Assembly (NCBI RefSeq): GCF_009914755.1
Contig: NC_060938.1
DNA from: the human T2T-CHM13v2.0 reference genome, Homo sapiens
Length of the DNA: 64,000 nucleotides
Strand: one strand, 5' to 3'
Shown one piece after another: positions 27,551 to 39,335 of the stretch. Every line of letters starts with the position of its first letter. The stretch's first letter is position 1. The notes under the pieces were generated by a model. The model was not told the origin of the DNA. It did no database searches and saw only the letters and a program-made list of their open reading frames with translations. A program made the translations under genes and the position numbers.

Positions 27551-29440
27551 ACTAAAAACATTAATATCTTACGGAGTTTGTGTTTCAACTATTTTCAGAA
27601 AACTTTTTCTCTTTGTGGTCTAAGAAAGAGTTCAAAGACAGAGATAAACAAAAAGAGTTGACAGAAAGAGTTAATAATATCAACAAGAAGTTGAAAGCAA
27701 GATTTGTCAAAGATAAACATAAGGTAATTATCTGGAAATAGTTGACCTTAGAGGTCACCTGCCTGGTTTGCTGGTCTGGCCCCTGGGAAAGCCCTTGTAC
27801 CCTGGTTCTGGTTCCATCATTCCAAGTCCTACTTTCATACCTTAGTTACCTAATTCCTTTTATAAGACAATCATTCACACTAATTTTCAAAGTCCCACAA
27901 GGAGGGACTTGTTTTGAGACAATGAGGCAATTAGACTGTATTGTTGAGTTACAGTCATTTCTTTGAGATTAGTTCGAAAGTATATATATTCATGGACAAA
28001 AGTTATCACATAATTTTCTCACCTAAAGTGGAACTTTTGATACCTGTAATAAGTTAGTAGTTTCTCAACTGCCCATACCATGATCTCACCTATCTGCTGC
28101 AATGTAATAGTCATTGTTCATGGATGCCTATTTATACAATGTGTATTGCTACAGAGCTTTTCCTTCTTAAAGTAATTTCTATGTCTGGGATGATGCCATT
28201 TTTCTACACTAAAAACATTAGCTCGTCTTACAGCTAATATAAGCTGAAAATTAGAGGTGCCTGGGGGAGGGAAATGAGGCAGATGGATTGTTTACATGAG
28301 TGCTATAGTTTCACTTTTTATGCACCAGTCACCTTGGAAAAATTAATGCCCTGTAAGTTTGCCAATCAGATTGCTCCAGTCATCTCTAAACATTCCATTT
28401 GGTTTATTAGAATAATAAATACTGTGCAAAAAAAGTTCATCTGGATCCAGGATATTATACTGTGGTCAGTGGAAGAAATATGTGCTGCACCTTACCTCTG
28501 ACTAGATTTGGTCAGGTGACACAGTGAGCTTGACAAAGGGATACAGATTTACCCTATTTGGGTGTTGAATCTGAGGACTAGTCACTGGAGTTACAGCCTT
28601 TAGAAATCTTTGTCACCTGTCCAGGGCTGGTGCTGGTGGCCTCTTCACTGGCCATTTCTGTCATGCACCTGACCATTTGATGTCTGCTGAGTGGTCTATT
28701 AAGAAAGGATTAAAGGATCTCTCTTCATCCTTCCAGGTGGATTCGGGTGTCTGTAGTCACCCAGAAAAGACTTACTGGAAAGTCCATTAAAGGTGTCATC
28801 TAATTTGATGACGATGACTCTGAATTAATTTCAGTTGGGGAAGCTTCCATTTTTATGTCTGGCTTTTAGGTCCTTCCATGATATGTCCCTTCTTGTCTCA
28901 TCAGACTCATTCCAGTGGATCCCCAGGAACAGCTCTACTGCTCTCAGCGAAAGAGGCCTGAAGTCACACTGCTTGGTTGATCTGTCGTGACATCCTAATA
29001 TTTTCTCTCAAACTGTTTTCTTTCGTCCTGTGTAAACTTTGCTTTTTCTCTGAGGCCTATCCTAGTGTATTTCCAAGGCCCCAGGTTAAATCCCACCTCC
29101 TTCCCGAGCCTTTCCTATTGTCTTACTCACTTCACCAATCTCTCTTGCCCCTAAGCTTCTACAGTTCTGAAACCCGATACAAAAAGAAAAACTTTTGGCA
29201 CAGGAAGCGATTGAATAGAATCAGATAAATACTAAAGTCATAAACATAAAATCTGGATTTATTCATATAAGGGATATTAAAGTTAAAGTTAATATACATA
29301 AGTATATTTCAAGAGCAAAGCTCATATTTTAACACTTTATTTCTGGAGTATAGGTTCCAGGAAAAAGGAATAAAATCTGTAATTTTTAAAAAGGCAATTA
29401 CAGAATGTCCCCTGCACTAATCAAATTAATTGCAGCATTA

Positions 29441-29799
29441 AAACATGGATGGACTTTGAAAACATGCTGAGTGAAATAAATCAGACATTGAAGGATAAAT
29501 GTTGTATGATTCCACTTATATGGGTATCTGGAATAGGCAAATTCATAGATACAGAAAGTAGAATAGAGGTTTCCAGGAGCTTGGGGAAGGATGAATGGGG
29601 AGCTGTTTTTTAGTGAGTACAGAATTTATTGGGAATAAGAAAACATTTTGAGTAGATAATGGTAATAGTTATGTAATGTTATGAATTAATTTAATGTCAC
29701 TGAATTATATACTCATAAATGGTTAAAATTATAAGCATTACGCTACATATTTTACCACAATTAAAAAAGCAATGGAACAAAAAATTAAAAATTAAAATA
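29441..29799 (+). mobile_element. L1MB-type 3' end nested in an older L1-like sequence
   Basis: catggatggactttgaaaacatgctgagtgaaataaatcagac...tatgattccacttatatg...ttttaccacaattaaaaaa; flanking 18-bp direct repeat 29423-29440 / 29800-29817. Confidence 0.85.
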
Positions 29800-30339
29800 A
29801 AATTAATTGCACCATTATTTGTAAAGGGAAAAAACTCCTTCAGTGTCTAAAAATGGAAGAATTAAACTGTGACATGTGTAGTATACTATTTATGCTCAAT
29901 TGATAATTTAAAATTAAATGATTTTGTATATTAATAAGAATTTTTACATAATGTTAAGCAATTAAAAACAAAATATAAAATTATTAAAATGTGTATATAT
30001 GGAGCAAGATGAGAAGGGAACATGAAGGAGTGAAAAGAGTTTTTGCTAAGATTGCGGGATTGAGAAATTCTTTAATTGAAAGATTTCTCTCTTAACAGTA
30101 TTATAAAACTCCAAAGTTTATTATATAAATATGTTAGGTTTCATAGTGTTGTTCTCTGTGATTGTTTTTGACATCTTAACTCAATTGTAAACTTCATAGA
30201 AGTGGAGTCCATGTCATTTATTTCTTCCATAACCCATGCTTTTAAAATGGTAGAGAACCACAATAGATTATTAATGTTTTTAATTAATGGATAGATTTAT
30301 TAGTTATGGAGAAAGTAAGTCAAACTAGAGCATAGGAAC

Positions 30340-30785
<446 letters not shown>

Positions 30786-30788
30786 ACA

Positions 30789-30819
<31 letters not shown>

Positions 30820-30846
30820 CTCTCTCTCTCTCACACACACACACAC
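30786..30846. repeat. Compound (CA)n(CT)n(CA)n microsatellite in place of the Alu tail
   Basis: Read directly. Confidence 0.95.
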
Positions 30847-31619
30847 AATTTGAAACCAAGTTTTTATTGTTTTTGGTTGATTTTTCTTATTCCAGAAACA
30901 TATCTCTTTAACTAGTAATATGTTAGTGTAACCGTGGAACATTGCGATGGTTTTTGTGTCTTAAAAAAACTTAAAGATGCTGGGTTCATGACTAATAAAA
31001 TGGGGTGTGTGTGTGTGCGTATGTAAGGTATCAAACAATGAACACTAATGAACACTGCACCTTTTCCAACATTGCCACTCAAGGACTTCCCACAGACTGC
31101 CTGTTATTTGGGGGCAGGTCATGACCATCCCCATGAGATAGTTTACTAGAGAGCATTATTCTTCCTCTCTCACACATTGGTATTAACTTAGACTTTTGTG
31201 GTCTTAAGGAATAAACACCCACTCAAGCCAGCTCAGATGACAAGAAAGTTACTGCAAAGAAAGAAGAATCTTCTAGAATATCAAGAGCAGGAGCCTTCCT
31301 GTGTAAAAATTCTGGAGCCTCTACTGCCGGTGGCCTAAGTAGTCATTTTTCAGACCAGAGTGACCTGTCCCTAGTCAAGGTTAACTAGACTAGAATTAAG
31401 CAACTGAGTCAAGGGCAGAAACTAAGGGGAGAATTTGCCAGTGGCAGGTGGGCTTGAAAGAAGCTGCTCAGACATATTTGTGAGACATGTCAGTGATTGA
31501 GGCTCTGCAAATTCCTGCTGCTGAAGTCCAGCCTCCAGTGCCAGCTTCCACAAAGCTCTGCCCTGTCATGGCCCCTGTTCTTGAACGAAATGCAAAGCAA
31601 GGGAGGATGATTTAAAAGC

Positions 31620-31874
31620 TCTCATTGTTCAATTCCCACCTGTGAGTGAGGACACAGGAAGGGGAACATCACACACCGGGGACTGTTGTGGGGTAGGGGG
31701 AGGGGGGAGGGATAGCATTAGGAGATATACCTAATGCTAAATGAGGAGTTAATGGGTGCAGCATACCAACATGGCACATGTATACATATGTAACAAACCT
31801 GCACGTTGTGCACATGTACCCTAAAACTTAAAGTATAATAATAATAAAATAAAAATAAATAAACATAAAAAAAT
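31620..31874 (+). mobile_element. L1PA3-like 3' UTR with short 5' inversion
   Basis: Sense 3'UTR 31650-31874 (ggacacaggaaggggaacatcacac...cctaaaacttaaagtataat); 31620-31650 is the reverse complement of the upstream L1 sequence; TSD aaaagctc 31614-31621 / 31875-31882. Confidence 0.95.
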
Positions 31875-32242
31875 AAAAGCTCAGAGCACAAATAGAGTAC
31901 TCAGAAGTTTTTGCTAGGTTATCATGTGTAATTTAACAAGATGGCATTTATCTTTTTTTTAAGAGACTGAAGAAGAATTAGACAAGGTTAGCTGTGTAAA
32001 GCCAGTGGTAATCTGCCACATGTGGTTATAAATGGCCATAATTTTGTATGATCCCAAAGCAAGATAGATAGCAGATTAAGGGTCAGCACAGATCTGCAAG
32101 TTGAGCTCATGGCACTTTATTTCCCTCCCTAGCCCCTTTTCTAGTGCTTAGGTAGCAGGCACCAGTTAAGCATGGTGTCTTGACCATGATACTGTGGACC
32201 AAGCAGCGATATGGCTATGGCTATATCACTGTTTTGCCTGAG

Positions 32243-32684
32243 AGTCATTTATTCCTTCATTATATATTTATTGGGCATCTACTCCGGGCCAGGCATGTGT
32301 TGGGCATTGAGAAAGTGGTGAAAAAGACAGAGGTCCTGTCCTCAAGGAGCTTTCATTCCAGTGGAAGAATTCAGATAATACACAAAATAACAAATATATA
32401 AGATATTTTCGAGTGGTGATATATTTGACCAGGGAAATAAAACTAAGGAAAGTGATAATGGGGGGGTGTGGAGACTGGCTGCTATAAAATGGGTGAGCAG
32501 AGGAGGCCTCTATGAGGAGGACTTGCATTAGCTGAGACCTAAGTCATGAGAAGCATCCCCATGGGTCTTGGGAAAAGTGAGGAAAACATATTCAAATAGA
32601 AAGAAATATCTGGTGCAAAGGCTCTGGGATAGGAGTAAGCTTAGAGTATCCCAGAACAAAAAGAGGGCCAGTGTGGCTGAGAGA

Positions 32685-32685
<1 letters not shown>
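32243..32685 (-). mobile_element. L2(a) 3' end
   Basis: tcatttattccttca...tatttattgggcatctact..gccaggca..gtcctgtcctcaaggagctttcattccagtgg. Confidence 0.8.

Positions 32686-32686
<1 letters not shown>

Positions 32687-32750
<64 letters not shown>
32687..32750. repeat. (GT)32 perfect microsatellite
   Basis: 64 bp uninterrupted. Confidence 0.98.
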
Positions 32751-32752
<2 letters not shown>

Positions 32753-32779
32753 AGAGGGGAAGACAGCGGGGGTAGAGAT

Positions 32780-33238
32780 AGTAGGGGAGTAATTACCTCA
32801 CAAGTTTCATGGCTGACACCTCTATAACAAAGGAGATTAACAAGAGAAAAGCATAGCACATTTATTTAACCAAAGTTTTACATGATGCAGGAGCCTTCAG
32901 AAATTAAGATCCAGACCCAAGGAAAGCTGTATTATTATGGTTAGGTTTGATGAAGCATGGACAGTCATGTAGAAGTATAGTTGGACAAAAAGCAGATATG
33001 ACCTAATGATGATAAACTAGGGGGATCTTAGCAAAGCCTGTTTGTTTAGTTTCTTCTTGGCCTCTGTGTTTAACATTCCATCCCTCCGGGTATAGTCAAG
33101 ACACCTGTCTCATGAGGGTCTTCAAGAGAGAAGGTCAGAGAGACCTTTTTGCTTCTGCAGTTTTCTTAACTTCCTTCAGCTTAATACTCAGTGCGCCAAG
33201 CTTCCATATTTGGGGGTAGCATTTTCTGCACTCTATCA
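32780..33238 (-). mobile_element. ERV1 solo LTR, MER34/MER39 family
   Basis: Reverse strand begins tgatagagtgcagaaaatgctacccccaaatatgg, followed by aagctgaaggaa and gacct motifs. Confidence 0.8.
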
Positions 33239-35070
33239 TGCTATAAGCTGATTTTCTCACATTTAGAGGAACATTCAACAGCTAACATAAACAATTACCT
33301 GATGTCATATTTGAAGATATACTTAGATAATAAGGTCTTAAAAAACAGTAAGTACATTAAGTACATTCACAACAATTGTTAATCTTCCATTAGTTCTGAA
33401 ATGCCTAATCTAACCTTTGTTTTATCTCAGACTTGGGCTAGAATGCTCCTTTTAATTCATTCTGCATGATTTCATAGAATCAATTTTTTCTTAAGGTCTC
33501 ATATCCTTCAAAGACTTTAGGGCAATTGGTCACGAAGACCCTTGCACCTCCTCAAGGCTGTGTGCTGTGGATGTTGCAGCTTAAGGAAGCATTTTGAAAT
33601 TGGGCATCTTTCACAGCCTAGTGTAGAAGTTATTGGCCCGCAGTTTTTACCGGCTTTCTCTTTCAGAAATCTTCTTTTGTTCCTGCCACAAGGCAAAAAC
33701 AGGAAAAGAGATCTGTGTGAAAGAATGCTCTCCCTTTTCCTTTTGTGGTGATTGTGTATCTTAAGAGAAGGCCTCAAAGGTTCCCGGAGCTGTCTGTCTT
33801 TTCATGTAAATGGAGCCCTTAAGCCTATTTAGAAGTGTGCGAAAAGACTGTGGGAGTTGAGGTGAAAGATACAGAAGAGTAGCATCAGCACCCCGTTTAA
33901 TGTATTCAAGTTCAACTGTGCACTCTCTCTTTCTTGTATATAATTAAAAATACTGCAGAATTGTATTTTGCACTTGTACTTTTAATTATATGCTATTCAT
34001 ATTACTATATACCCATATAGTGTGCAGCGTTGCAACTACAAAACCATATATTTTGTATTGGGAGGTTTAAGGGATTTTCCAGGGTAATTTTGACCGCGTA
34101 AAATTTGCCTTACATGCCAACTCTAGAATACAATCCCCACGTAAGATGTAACCCTCTATATTAGGTATTTTTAAATCCCTGCTTATCCCAAAGTGAGCAG
34201 AACTGGGACTCACATTCACCCCTTGCCCCCAAACCAGTAACAGGTATAGGGTTGTCACTGAATTTTGTGAGAAGAAAAGAGGTGAGACAGAAGGAACTTG
34301 TGAGGTTTGACAGAGGAGCAAGGAAATCTGTGGCAGGACACAGTAGGCCGGGGACGCTGGGTCAGGCAGGGAAGGGGGCTGAGAGAGAGTTCCTGGGTGA
34401 GACTGTTTGTACTAGTAAATGCAGGGCTCAAAGCCATACTAGCCATGGGGTTGGTAGAGTTTGTAAATAGGAGTAACTCCTACTGGATGGATAATAGCCA
34501 TTTTTCCCTAGAGTACCTTCACCTTACAGGAAAGTTTACTGTGCATTGTTCCATGTGAATGTTGCAGCATGTGTGTGTGTGCACACACGTGTATTTGTGA
34601 TGTTGTAGACAGAGTAGGAGGAAAGAGTAGCAGTGTGGAAAGAGGAGAAGGCATGAGGATTTAGCATCCAAGGTTTAAGAACAAGGTCTGCCTTTTGTTG
34701 TTTTGTGGCTGGGGCAGTATCATTAAATGGCTGAGGGGACCTGAGATATTGGCATGAGAGAGGGAAGGTCACCCTTGTAGCCCCTGTCACCTGCTACCTT
34801 GGGAGGCATTCCCTTCCCCTCTTCTCACCCACCCTACCACTCCAAGGCAGAGTTTGTTTAATCAGATGCAGAAAATGTTCTGATTTGGTAGTAAAGAAAG
34901 GTAAACAACACATCCCCATGCCCCACTTAAGGTTTTTAACAGGTGCAGTTGAAATTTATATTCATGGATGTGGGATTTTCACCTGCCCCCTGACCCAGTT
35001 TGTTTAGGAGGTTAATAGAATTCCAAGTCGCATCTCCCTGGGTTGGAATTTTCTCTACAACTCTTGGTAG

Positions 35071-35494
35071 TGATGGGGTTCAGGACACACTACCCCACAA
35101 TATGAAGCCTGGCATTTGTGAAAATTGCAGAAGCAGGAAGGTCATTCTCTTACTTTCCCCCTGCCCTTCTCTCCTGAAGCTAAGGAGTGTCCTTATCTCT
35201 GAAGACACACGGACTCAGAGAGGAGTTTGAACAAACAGGCCTTGCTAAATTCCCTCTTGTTTATTGCCATTAAATTATATCCCCTTTTTCCAATCATACT
35301 TCTCTACGACTATCCATCTCTTCATCAAACCTAAGTAAAAATACTTAAGTTTACTTGTTTCTTTGGATCTTGATTTCTGAAGCCTCCTGTGTCATATAAA
35401 ATTTATAAATAAATTTGTCATGCTTTTCTCTTGGTAATGTGGCTTTTATTATAGAGGCTCAGCCATGAAAAAATAAATCGTTTCCTCTCCCACA
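35071..35494 (+). mobile_element. ERV1 solo LTR, MER34/MER39 family
   Basis: TG...CA termini, begins tgatggggttcaggacacactaccccacaatatg; 4-bp TSD gtag at 35067-35070 and 35495-35498. Confidence 0.88.
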
Positions 35495-37899
35495 GTAGCT
35501 GTTCGTCTTTTGAGCAAGTCTTTTAGCCTCAGTTTCCTCCTTTGCATCAGAGATGATACTGACCACCCTGATGCTCTGTGAGGGCTGAAAGGAACAGGAT
35601 ACCTGCAAGCATTTTCCCACAACTTATGCAGATGACCTGTGAACAAACTGCTAACCAGCAAGAGTGTTTGAATACAAAAAATTCTAATGCTTAATACAAC
35701 ATTTTACTCAAGACTCTGTTACATATGACAAAAACTCAGTTCTAAGAAGCTTATGTAAAAAGCAGAATTTCTTGTTTTATAGAAGCCAGGGAAGACCTGA
35801 GGAGTGAAAAGGGAAATCACCACATATAAGGGATGAGGCAGGTGAGTGCTCCCAGGACAGACAGTCCCAATGATGTTAGCAACATATTGGAACAAAAAAT
35901 TAAACAAGGTCTTAGAACTTAAATCTGATTTTATAATAATATTCATTATCAATACTTAATTCTAATTTTACATTTTTAGATTTATGTAATTAACATTAGT
36001 TACCTATACAGTAAAGATAAATATGTTTCATAATGCTTTTTTTCTGACATTAGTTCTTGTTTGAACACACAAAGCTACACTTTTCTATAAGTAAAAATGA
36101 ATATGTCAGACTTTCAATTCGGAAACTTGAGTCAAATCAGCAGTCTCTGGGAAGAGGAAAGTTGTAAGGCCTATGTTCTTTCATAATGGCCTAGCCCTTC
36201 CCCCTCATCTGACATTTTCTTGTGGAAAACATCTGGTTTAAATAAGCACTAATGGCAAACTTGATCATCAGAAACTAGAATGCAGAAATCACAAACAATG
36301 TATAGTAGGTTAAAGGGATGCCAAAAAGCAGTATGCAAAGAGAAGTCAACAGCAAATTTATTTTATATATAAATTTCACCATTTTGGTGCTTGTCTTCTA
36401 ACTGCCTTACACTTTTCTCTTCTGGGAACGGCCAAGGCCCCCAAAACACAAAAGTGAACTATGATCCCACTTTGCTAGACTCTTGAGATGGCTCTGTAAA
36501 CATACCCTCTAATCTATGGTCCTTCCTTCCTACTTCCTCAGAATTCACTGAAAACAATAGAGCTCTAGGAACTCCTATTGCTTAAAACAGGGGTGAGGAT
36601 CGTGTTTATTCAGGACTATGGCTGTTAAATTAGCAGGACTGTTTTGACTAGCTGGTACTCAGGGGTAGGGTTGTCATGTTGGTCAACATGCCTATCCCAT
36701 TTGGGACTACTCTAAAGGAAATAGGAATGCCTAAAAAGTTTCTAGACTTCTAAGAATTCTATGACTGGGGTTAGGGATGACTTATAGGCAGGAACGGAGC
36801 CAGACTCCTGACGGTATCCAAGGTTTATAGGCTTGGTGATAGAATTTACCAGAGTAGAAGAGAAAGTTTTCTGAGTAGCTAGTGTTTTGAATGGCATGGG
36901 GTTTGTGACAAGATTTGGGGTAAACCAGTGAGAGATGCTTTGGAGTTATCTGGGACCTCATTTATTCTGGTGGAATGCCAGAAGTACAGGAGGCATCTCC
37001 TAGGGTATTTAGTTTTTTAGAGGCTAGGAAAGGTAGTAAAGGTAAAGTAGATACAAATTTGTTACTATGACTTTTATGGAGCCTTGAGATAGTTATACGA
37101 AGTAGGAGGTTGAGCAGGGATTATTTTAATCGGAGAAGAGATTAGTAGAAACTCATTTAGGAGGATTAGAGCGTGCTGAATGAGATGTCAGAAGCTTTTA
37201 GGATCCAAGAAAAGTGGATGGCAGAGAGAGAGAGGGGTCAGCACTGTGTTTAATTTCCTTCTTTACCGTTTCTCGTCTGCCTTTCCTGGATATTACCTAT
37301 TTCAAACTAAAGGGAAATGTGTGGAGGCTGCATCGGGTAGCAGAAAAACATGGAATAGGGAACTCTGCCTCTGAAATAGCATATAATACTTCCCACAGGG
37401 TTTAATGTGAAATAAGTGGTATAATCTAGGTCAAGTGGCTTAGGTAGAATACTGATCAAGTGACCAGATGTCTTGGAATGAGTAGGATAATCTTAGATTT
37501 TGGCTTCCTATCCTGTATCCAATTCACTTTACCATTAGGGCTTACTATTACCTTGATGTCTGGAGTGAATAGACCCTTATCAACTTACGATAAACATTTA
37601 TCAGTAGTTCAGACAGAATTCTTAAACTGGATTCAGAACTAGAATTATAATAGCAGAGTTACTGTATGTTTCAAACAGTGATTTGGCCTTAGTAAAGTTT
37701 GGTCTCTTAAGATTTATTACTCATTTATGGCTAAGTATATCACAAATAAATGTTAGGTCCCCTAGTGAGTATTCAGCAATCATTTCCTTGGGATCTAAGG
37801 CATACCAGGTGCTATGTTCAAAATGAATGGGACATGGTTCTTGTTTTTAAGATGCTCCCAGACCAGTGGGGCAGACTGGTATAAAAATAACTAACTGTC

Positions 37900-38208
37900 G
37901 GCCAGGCGCGGTGGCTCACACCTGTAATCCTAGCACTTTGGGAGGCTGAGGCAGGTGGAACACCTGAGGTCAGGAGTTCAAGACCAGCCTGGCCAATATG
38001 GTAAAACCCCATTTCTACTAATAAAATACAAAAATTAGCTGGGCGTGGTGGCATGTGCCTGTAATCCCAGCTGCTCGGGAGGCTGAGGCAGGAGAATCAC
38101 TTGAACCCAGGAGGCGGAGGTTGCAATGAGCTGAGATCACATACCACTGCACTCCTGCCTGGGCAACAGAGTGAGACTCTGTCTTAAAAAATAAAAAATA
38201 AAAATAAC
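37900..38208 (+). mobile_element. AluS (Sx-like)
   Basis: Full dimer; TSD ataactaactgt 37887-37898 / 38209-38220. Confidence 0.95.
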
Positions 38209-38565
38209 ATAACTAACTGTATAATATAATAATATGATAAATGCTATTCTGTTGGTATGAATCAAGTAGCACAGAGGAAGAAAACAATTCACTCTAGTAG
38301 ATGGTTGGCATTTTGAGAGAGATATAAATATAATTGTGCTCATTTATAACATGAATTATAAATGTAGCAGCATTGGAAATGGACATTTAATAAGGTGTAG
38401 CACTACTAAATTGGATTAAGTGCATGCACTGGGTTTATAGATGGATGTTCCCATCAAATTTGTTCTTTATTTGTATCCCTACCCCTGAGCAGTCCTTGCC
38501 TGGCAAGTGATTGGTGTTTGCACTGTTGGGGGTAGGCTTTAGGTTCCTGTTTGGGCACCAGGAGC

Positions 38566-39058
38566 TGTAGGGTTAGAAGAAGTAATGTCTTTTTCTCACC
38601 TATTGCAAGGTTCATTACTGAACCCTATAGCAAAGGCAGAGTAACAAGCAAAAAGCATAACAAATTTATTTAACAGAGTTTTATGTGACACTGAAGCCCT
38701 TAGAAATGACCCAAAGACCCAGGGAAAACTGTGTATTTATATGGATAGTCATACAGAAGTATGATTGGAGCACCACAGAGTATCATCTAATGGTAATCAA
38801 CTAGGGAGAACTTTGCAAGCCCTGTTTGTTCGAATGGCTTCCAAGTATAGGGTAGGACCCCTCTGGAATGAAGATCTTAAGGCCTACTTTTAGGGAAGAT
38901 AGGTCAGAAAATTATTTTATGGCCTGCTTCAGAGGGAAAGGCAAGAGAAGGTCAGAGAGTGACCTTCCTGTTTCTGTGGTTTTCCAATGTCCTTTAGCTT
39001 AAAATGCTTGGTATGCCAGGGTGCCATATTTGGGGGTATCCTGTTCTAAGCCCCAACA
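38566..39058 (-). mobile_element. ERV1 solo LTR, MER34/MER39 family
   Basis: Reverse strand tgttggggcttagaacaggatacccccaaatatggcacc...ccctaca; homologous to 32780-33238. Confidence 0.82.
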
Positions 39059-39124
39059 TTTCCCTGGAAGGGCGATGGCTTTTTGATCTAAGCAAAGTTA
39101 TCAGAGGGAATGAGGTACAAATCA

Positions 39125-39335
39125 ATAGAGGACAGACTATGAGATCAAATTCTGACTCTACTACTTAAGAGCTGAGTGTCTTTTGACAAATTACATGTAT
39201 TCCTGGTGACTCTGATATCTCTATAAAATAGGGATGATAGTAGTACCAACCTTACAAGGCTGTGCCTCAAATGTGTAATAAATATGAAAACACTTTGTAA
39301 AGTGCTGTAAAAATATATAAACATTATTGTTTTAT
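39125..39335 (+). mobile_element. MIR
   Basis: tcaaattctgactctactactta..gctg...tataaaatagggatgatagtagtaccaacct. Confidence 0.7.

Noticed and set aside
32780-39058. Provirus bounded by the two minus-strand LTRs
   Set aside because: The intervening DNA is unique, L2, MIR and Alu sequence with no PBS/gag/pol; the LTRs differ substantially; no shared outer TSD seen
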